Shown one piece after another: positions 45,219 through 51,699 of a DNA stretch of 51,699 bases. Both the position numbers and the translations under genes were made by a program. Under the pieces are notes generated by a model. The model saw only the letters and a program-made list of their open reading frames with translations, was not told where the DNA came from and did not search any database. The DNA is taken from assembly GCA_937870845.1 (NCBI GenBank), contig CALMZR010000175.1, positions 1-51,699 of the forward strand. Direction: 5' to 3'. Positions within the stretch are counted from its first letter, which is position 1. Each line of letters starts with the position of its first letter. The stretch comes from an uncultured Chloroflexota bacterium. Its GTDB lineage: Bacteria; Chloroflexota; Chloroflexia; Thermomicrobiales; UBA6265.

Positions 45219-46219
45219 TCGCGAACATCGGTCGGCTCGTTCGATCGACGTTCGCGGACGGTTCGCAAGCGCCGCGCCCGCCGCAACCTCCTACGCTCGT
45301 CCAGCACGATTTCGCTCTTTCCGAGACGAACGACGCGGTGTCCTGGAACAACCGTGTCGCGGACATCGTGCGCGGGCTTCGGCCGGCGCAATGGATCAAG
45401 AACGGGGTTGTTTTCGCAGGCCTCGTGTTTGGCGGCAAGTTGCTGGAGCCGTCTGCGGTGGTCAGCGCCGCGCTCGCCGCCATCGTGTTTTGTCTGCTTA
45501 GCAGCGGTTTCTACCTAATCAACGACGTGGTTGATCGCCACGTCGATCAGTTGCATCCGGAAAAGCGATGGCGGCCCGTTGCGGCGGGAGCGGTGGCGCC
45601 TCGGACAGCGCTGGCTATTGGCGCCGGGCTGATCGCGGCGGCGTTGGCCGGATCGGCTGCGATGGGGCTTGGTTTTCTGCTTGTGGCGCTCTCGTATTCC
45701 GCGCTGATGGCGGCGTACAACCTTGGCATGAAGCAGATCGTCATTCTCGATGTCTTTGCCATCGCGGCCGGGTTCGTGCTGCGCGCGGTCGGCGGGGCTG
45801 TCGCCGTCGATGTCACGATCTCGCCGTGGCTGCTCGTCTGCACGTTGCTGCTGGCGCTACTCCTGGGATTCGGCAAGCGCCGTCAGGAGCTGTTGTCGAT
45901 CGAGGGCGCCGGACTTCATCGCGCCAATCTGGAAACCTATTCCGAGCGGATGCTCGATCAGGCGGTCGCGGTGTCGGCGACCGGCGCCATACTCGCGTAC
46001 GCGATATATACCTTCGACCGGAACGCGCCGGCGTTCGACCGCCGCATGATGGTGACGATTCCGATTGTCGCCTACGGCATCTTCCGCTACCTGTTCCTCG
46101 TGTATGGCCGCGGTCAGGGGGGGGCGCCGGAGACAATGCTGCTGACCGACCGCTCGTTGCTCGGCGCGGTCGTGGCGTGGAGTATCGCCAGCGTCGTGCT
46201 GTTCTATCTGGCGAGCTAG
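45215..46219 (+). CDS. UbiA family decaprenyl-phosphate phosphoribosyltransferase-like protein
   Basis: LRPAQWIKN, YLINDVVDRHVDQLHPEKRWRPVAAG, KQIVILDV, GFVLRA, FGKRRQEL, YGIFRYL; ATGA overlap with the upstream gene. Confidence 0.9.
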   Translation: MIANIGRLVRSTFADGSQAPRPPQPPTLVQHDFALSETNDAVSWNNRVADIVRGLRPAQWIKNGVVFAGLVFGGKLLEPSAVVSAALAAIVFCLLSSGFYLINDVVDRHVDQLHPEKRWRPVAAGAVAPRTALAIGAGLIAAALAGSAAMGLGFLLVALSYSALMAAYNLGMKQIVILDVFAIAAGFVLRAVGGAVAVDVTISPWLLVCTLLLALLLGFGKRRQELLSIEGAGLHRANLETYSERMLDQAVAVSATGAILAYAIYTFDRNAPAFDRRMMVTIPIVAYGIFRYLFLVYGRGQGGAPETMLLTDRSLLGAVVAWSIASVVLFYLAS

Positions 46220-46261
46220 CTGTCGCGGCAAACACCTTCTCCACGGAATTGACACGACCCA

Positions 46262-46380
46262 TAGCAACTTATCGGACATGTGGGTATACTCGCTTCAGCT
46301 TTAGGCGTCGCGGGTTCGGCGGGTCGTCGCTGCGGCGAGAGGGGTTTCGGCATTCCGCGCCGCCGGCGGCGCCGAGAGCT
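46262..46380 (+). promoter_or_regulatory. hsp20-lon promoter and structured 5' leader
   Basis: TAGCAA-N17-TATACT (46262-46290); 46297-46313 pairs with 46363-46380. Confidence 0.5.
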
Positions 46381-46390
46381 TTGAAAAGCG

Positions 46391-46861
46391 ATGGGGATGA
46401 TGATCTTGCGCCGGGGGCGGAGCGCCCAGCCGGTCGATTCGGGTCTCGATGTCGAGTTTACGTACGAGTTCGGCGCCTGGCGGGGTCGACGATCCGATTC
46501 TCTGGAACCCTGGCGGCCGCCCGCCGACGTGTTCGAGCGCTCCGATGGCCTGGTGGTGCGTGTCGAGATCGCGGGCATTTCCCTGGATGAGGTCGAAGTC
46601 GTGGTGGAAGGGGAAGAGCTGTGGGTTCACGGTGAGCGGAGAGTCGGCTACCCCGCCGGCCCGAGGCTGTACCACGAATCGCGCATACGGTACGGTTCGT
46701 TCGAGGTCCCGGTTCGGCTGCCGTTTCCGGTCATCGTCGGCGAGGCGAGCGCTGATTCCATCGACGGGGCGCTCACCATCTACCTGCCGCGCCGGGTAGC
46801 CGTGAAGGCGCCAATGCGAGACGATTCCCACGAGCAAGTTTCAGACCGAGGAGAACGGTAA
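46391..46861 (+). CDS. Small heat shock protein Hsp20/alpha-crystallin
   Basis: WRPPADVFE..DGLVVRVEIAGI, LWVHGER, E.RIRYGSFE..VRLP, ADSIDGALTIYLPR. Confidence 0.9.
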   Translation: MGMMILRRGRSAQPVDSGLDVEFTYEFGAWRGRRSDSLEPWRPPADVFERSDGLVVRVEIAGISLDEVEVVVEGEELWVHGERRVGYPAGPRLYHESRIRYGSFEVPVRLPFPVIVGEASADSIDGALTIYLPRRVAVKAPMRDDSHEQVSDRGER

Positions 46862-46864
46862 GCG

Positions 46865-49459
46865 ATGGCCAGCAACGACGAACGAAAGCCGCGAGCCAGG
46901 ACGCGCGTGAAGGCTGAGGAGCCGGCTGCTCCGGAAGTTCCGGCTTCAGCAGAGGGGCTGAGTGAGGCGGAAGACGCGGTCATTGCCATCGCTCCGGATG
47001 ACGATGCCGTGCCCGAGGCCGAGATGCAGATCGTCGAATTGCCGGTGCTGCCGCTGCGAGGGACGGTCGTCTTCCCCTTGACGGTGGTGCCGCTCGCGGC
47101 TGCCCAACCGAGATCGCTCCGCCTCATCGACGAAGTGATGTCCGGTGACCGCACGGTGGCGCTTGTCATGCAGAAGGACGCCGAGCTGGAAGGCGCCGGA
47201 CCCGACGATGTCTTTGACGTGGGGACGATCTCCACGATCCACCAGATGATGCGGGTGCCGGACGGCACGGTGCGCCTGGCGGTGCAGGGCAACGAGCGGA
47301 TGCGCATTCTGGAGTTCACCCAGGAAGAGCCGTTTCTGATGGCACGCGTGGAGCGCGTGCCGGAGGACATGGAGGATTCGGTCGAGGTCGAGGCGCTGAC
47401 GCGCAACACGCTTGAGCTGTTTCAGCGCCTGGTGTCGCTGGTGGCGCACATGCCCGACGAGCTGATCACCGCAGCACTCAACGTCGACGACCCCCGGCAC
47501 CTCGTCTACCTCGTCGCCACCAACTTACGGATGGACCCGGAAGAACGGCAACGGCTGCTGGCGCTGGATGCGGTACGCGAAAAGCTGGTGGCGTTGAACG
47601 CATTCATCGCCAAGGAGCTGGACGTCCTGGAACTCGGCAAAAAGATCCAGAGCGATGTTCAGGAGGAGCTTGGCAAGAACCAGCGGGAGTTTTACTTGCG
47701 CGAACAGCTCAAGGCGATTCAGCGCGAGCTGGGCGAAGGTTCCGAGACTGAGGCGGAGGCGACCGAGCTGCGCCAGAAGATCGAAGAGTCGGGCATGCCC
47801 GAAGAGGCGGCCAAGGAAGCCAGGCGCGAGCTGGACCGGCTGAGCAAGCTGCCGCCCGCCGCCGCCGAATACGGCGTCATCAAGACGTATCTCGATTGGC
47901 TGACCAGCCTGCCCTGGAACGCGCGGACCGAAGGCGAGATCGACATCGCCAAGGCGCGGCAGGTGCTGGACGAGGACCACTACGATCTGGAGAAGATCAA
48001 GGACCGCATTCTCGAGTACCTGGCGGTGCGCAAGCTGAAGCAGGAAGCGGCCGCCGAGGCGGGCGAGGAGGAGCCGCCGCAGTCCCGCGAGCCGATCCTC
48101 TGCTTCGTTGGACCGCCGGGGGTCGGCAAGACGAGCCTCGCTCAGTCGATTGCCCACGCGCTGCGGCGGGAGCTGACGCGGATGTCGCTCGGCGGCGTGC
48201 GCGACGAGGCGGAAATTCGCGGGCATCGCCGGACATACGTCGGCGCCATGCCAGGCCGCATTATTCAGGCGATTCGGCGGGCCGGCTCGAGCGACCCCGT
48301 ATTCGTGCTGGACGAGGTTGACAAGCTCGGGAGCGATTGGCGCGGCGATCCATCTTCGGCCCTGTTGGAAGTGCTCGATCCGGAGCAGAACAACAGCTTT
48401 CGCGACCACTACCTGGACGTGGCGTTTGACCTGTCGAAGGTCATGTTCATCGCGACGGCGAATCTGCTTGACGGCATTCCGGCGCCGCTGCGGGACCGCA
48501 TGGAAGTGTTGGAGCTGAGCGGCTACACCGACGAGGAGAAGCTGGCCATCGCTCACCGCTTCCTGATCCCCAAGCAAGTCAAGGCGCACGGGCTGGCGAA
48601 TGAACCGCTGGAGTGGACGGACGAGGGGCTCGCCTTCCTCATCCGCAATTACACCCGCGAAGCGGGCGTGCGCAACCTGGAGCGCGAGATCGCCACGGCG
48701 GCGCGCAAGATCGCCACGCGCAAGGCCGAAGGGAAGGCATTCAGCCGCGCGGTCGGACCGGAGGAGGTGCGGGAGTACCTGGGACGGCCGCGTCACTACT
48801 ATGAGGAGCGGTCGCAGCGGACGGAGCAGCCGGGGGTGGCGATCGGCGTCGGCGTGTCCGGCGCCGGCGGCGACATCATGTTCATCGAGGCCTCGAAGAT
48901 GCCAGGGAAGGGGTCGCTGACGGTGACCGGGCAGCTTGGAGACGTCATGAAGGAGTCGGCGTCGGCAGCGATGTCGTTCGTGCGCTCGCGCGCCGGCGAT
49001 CTCGGCATCGACCAAGACTTCTTCAAGGAGTCGGACATCCATCTGCACGTGCCGGCGGGGGCTATCCCGAAGGACGGGCCGTCCGCGGGCACCGCGATGA
49101 CGACCGCCCTGGTGTCGCTGCTGACCGGCGTGCCGGTCCGCGATGACGTGGCGATGACCGGCGAGATCACGTTGCGAGGCCAGGTGTTGCCCGTGGGCGG
49201 GATCAAGATGAAGGCGCTCGCGGCGCGGCGGGCGGGGGTGGAGACGTTCGTGCTGCCCAAACGCAACGAAGCCGACCTGGATGATCTGCCGGAGGAGTTG
49301 CGCGAGGAGATGACGTTCGTGCTGGCGGAGACGCTGGACGATGTGCTGGCCGCTGCCATGCCTCCGGCGTTCCTGGCGCAGCGGCCAGGCATCGACGACT
49401 CATTGGAGTTCGCGGAGCCGACGCCAAGTGGGGCGGAACCCGTCGCAGCCGTCGCCTGA
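46865..49459 (+). CDS. lon: ATP-dependent protease La
   Basis: LPVLPLRG.VVFP, GPPGVGKTS, DEAEIRGHRRTY, PKDGPSAG (catalytic Ser), GGIKMK (catalytic Lys). Confidence 0.97.
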   Translation: MASNDERKPRARTRVKAEEPAAPEVPASAEGLSEAEDAVIAIAPDDDAVPEAEMQIVELPVLPLRGTVVFPLTVVPLAAAQPRSLRLIDEVMSGDRTVALVMQKDAELEGAGPDDVFDVGTISTIHQMMRVPDGTVRLAVQGNERMRILEFTQEEPFLMARVERVPEDMEDSVEVEALTRNTLELFQRLVSLVAHMPDELITAALNVDDPRHLVYLVATNLRMDPEERQRLLALDAVREKLVALNAFIAKELDVLELGKKIQSDVQEELGKNQREFYLREQLKAIQRELGEGSETEAEATELRQKIEESGMPEEAAKEARRELDRLSKLPPAAAEYGVIKTYLDWLTSLPWNARTEGEIDIAKARQVLDEDHYDLEKIKDRILEYLAVRKLKQEAAAEAGEEEPPQSREPILCFVGPPGVGKTSLAQSIAHALRRELTRMSLGGVRDEAEIRGHRRTYVGAMPGRIIQAIRRAGSSDPVFVLDEVDKLGSDWRGDPSSALLEVLDPEQNNSFRDHYLDVAFDLSKVMFIATANLLDGIPAPLRDRMEVLELSGYTDEEKLAIAHRFLIPKQVKAHGLANEPLEWTDEGLAFLIRNYTREAGVRNLEREIATAARKIATRKAEGKAFSRAVGPEEVREYLGRPRHYYEERSQRTEQPGVAIGVGVSGAGGDIMFIEASKMPGKGSLTVTGQLGDVMKESASAAMSFVRSRAGDLGIDQDFFKESDIHLHVPAGAIPKDGPSAGTAMTTALVSLLTGVPVRDDVAMTGEITLRGQVLPVGGIKMKALAARRAGVETFVLPKRNEADLDDLPEELREEMTFVLAETLDDVLAAAMPPAFLAQRPGIDDSLEFAEPTPSGAEPVAAVA

Positions 49460-49491
49460 CGACGTAGTCCGTGTAGTCCATCGAATACGAT

Positions 49492-49527
49492 GCGAGGGGC
49501 CGGGTGGCGCCGGTCCCTCGCCTTGTT
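49492..49527 (+). terminator. Intrinsic terminator-like hairpin after lon
   Basis: GCGAGGGGCCGG-GTGGCG-CCGGTCCCTCGC followed by CTTGTT, between convergent genes. Confidence 0.6.
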
Positions 49528-49548
49528 GGTCGGACTGGTTCGGGCCGA

Positions 49549-50301
49549 TCAAACCGCCCAGGCGGCCATTCGCCGCGCGTCGGCAGCCTGCACGAGCTGC
49601 GCGAACGGCCGCAGATGCGCCTCGTCGCGGTTGAACATCAGCTCGGGGCGCCATTGCACGGCATACACTCCCGGCGAGTCGGGCATGACGACGGCCTCGA
49701 TCAGTCCGTCGGGTGAGTGCGCCGCCGGCTCCAGGCTTGGCGCGAGATCGCGGATAGCTTGATGATGAAACGAGTTCACACCGAGCGCGAGGTCGGTGAG
49801 GAGCGGCAGCGCGTCCGTCCTGGCGGTCACCGAGTGGCCCACTTGCCAATCTTCGAGCCCGCGCTCGTGCTGGCGGTGCCCGACCTCGCTGGCTCCTGGG
49901 TGCTCGGTGGCGACGTCCTGAACGAGCGTCCCGCCCAGAGCGACGTTGATCACCTGAATGCCCCGGCAGATGCCGAGAACGGGCATGTCGATCGCGACGG
50001 CCCCATCGAACAGGTCGATCTCAAATTGGTCTCGCTCGGGGTCGATGCCATAAGTGGCGGGGTGGACCTCTCGATCACCGTAGCGCGCGGGGTCGATGTC
50101 GGGGCCGCCGCTGAGGAGCAAGCCGTCGATGATTCTGAGCAGCGCGCCGACCGCATCGCGCTGCGGCGGCAATATCAGCGGAATGCCGCCGGCCTTTTCG
50201 ACCGCACGCACGTACGGAGCCGACAGGACGTATCGCTGAAACGTGCCGTGCGGCAGCGTGTCGAGCTGCGACGACGGCGTGATGCCGATGATCGCCTTCA
50301 T
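49549..50301 (-). CDS. Gamma-glutamyl-gamma-aminobutyrate hydrolase family (peptidase C26, PuuD-like)
   Basis: IIGIT, YVRAVEKAGG.P, DGLLLSGGPDIDP, ERDQFE, LGICRGIQVINVALGGTL, VNSFHHQAI, DGLIEAV, VQWRPE. GAGGAGG RBS before ATG 50301. Confidence 0.9.
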   Translation of the reverse strand: MKAIIGITPSSQLDTLPHGTFQRYVLSAPYVRAVEKAGGIPLILPPQRDAVGALLRIIDGLLLSGGPDIDPARYGDREVHPATYGIDPERDQFEIDLFDGAVAIDMPVLGICRGIQVINVALGGTLVQDVATEHPGASEVGHRQHERGLEDWQVGHSVTARTDALPLLTDLALGVNSFHHQAIRDLAPSLEPAAHSPDGLIEAVVMPDSPGVYAVQWRPELMFNRDEAHLRPFAQLVQAADARRMAAWAV

Positions 50302-50393
50302 GGCGGCGGCGACCCTCCTCAAGCAAGCGCCGGAACGATGGCGGCAGTATAGGACCGAGGCTGCCCACACGACGCGGAACGACGGGGCGTGAC

Positions 50394-50422
50394 TTGACAC
50401 GTTATCGCCCTCATGGTATGAT
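50394..50422 (+). promoter_or_regulatory. rRNA operon promoter P1
   Basis: TTGACA-N17-TATGAT with an extended TG. Confidence 0.8.
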
Positions 50423-50502
50423 CTCTTTCCCGCATGGACAGCGTGGCGCGCAGCACGACTGCCAGCGTCGCGGGTCGCCGAAAAGTTCGTCCTCAGGAAT
50501 CC

Positions 50503-50532
50503 TTGACAGGGGCGAAAGCGGTGCGGTAGGCT
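50503..50532 (+). promoter_or_regulatory. rRNA operon promoter P2
   Basis: TTGACA-N18-TAGGCT, about 110 nt downstream of P1. Confidence 0.65.
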
Positions 50533-50887
50533 CTGCGGGCTCCGGAATGGAGCGACCCCCTGGGTTGGTCTGGGCGTCCGAATGCGTAGCGAGGGCGGGA
50601 AACCGTTCTGGCCGGCAGAGGCGCTTGGGCGCAAGCCATCGGGAAGCACGTTGACAAGCTGGCGCAGCGGACCAGAGCGGCTCCTCCTGACGAGGGTCGA
50701 GTGTCAGGTCGTGTGCCGAAGACGGAGCGCGCGGCGCTCGTCGAGCTCACCCTTTCCGGAGGGTGGGTGCGGCGAGTGGACGCGCACAGCAAATGCGAGC
50801 CAGCTTGTGCGAAAGCACCGACATCGCGTGGCCATCAACACGCAAGAAGGGTCCTGCGGGGCCCGGGTCTTTTCGGAGACCCGAACA

Positions 50888-51699
<812 letters not shown>

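Noticed and set aside
46249-46290. TTGACA at 46249 as the hsp20 -35, or a CIRCE element
   Set aside because: It is 30 nt from TATACT, too far for a sigma70 promoter; TAGCAACTT has no GAGTGCTAA partner arm.
159-49048. Many long antisense or alternative-frame ORFs (e.g. 2250-3725 +, 28147-29337 -, 47525-49048 -)
   Set aside because: Shadow ORFs expected in high-GC coding DNA; each overlaps a well-supported gene and has no recognisable motif.
50651-50656. Third TTGACA as another rRNA promoter
   Set aside because: No -10 at 16-18 nt spacing; it fits better as a boxA-like or processing-stem sequence.

Overview
GC-rich bacterial chromosomal segment. The 16S fragment and the long-n-region Tat solute-binding proteins suggest Chloroflexota, Thermomicrobiales-like; this is an inference made by eye. 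It is mostly core and metabolic genome. Transport: a Dpp/Opp-type ABC cluster (truncated at the left edge), a Pot/Fbp-type ABC cluster, an aquaporin and an AI-2E transporter. Housekeeping: nagB, cdd, moeB/Z, trpS, rpsA, clpC, radA, murG, dksA-like-lspA-rluD, a polyprenyl synthase, a UbiA-family transferase, hsp20-lon, a PuuD-like hydrolase, and the 5' half of a 16S rRNA gene with tandem sigma70 promoters. I see no CRISPR array, prophage or complete IS. Most worth follow-up: (1) a protein with DnaC/IstB-type AAA+ architecture but no Walker A or B; (2) a divergent stand-alone LigD-Pol-like primase-polymerase co-transcribed with cdd and a thioesterase, with no Ku or ligase nearby; (3) REP-like hairpins whose arms decay with the same strand polarity in every copy; (4) a MITE-like element in a repeat hotspot; (5) a candidate RNA thermometer before hsp20-lon; (6) a decayed uvsE; (7) an AI-2E transporter with a STAS-like tail; (8) a PuuD-like enzyme with His->Arg at the catalytic position. 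All family calls are from motif recognition, not database searches.
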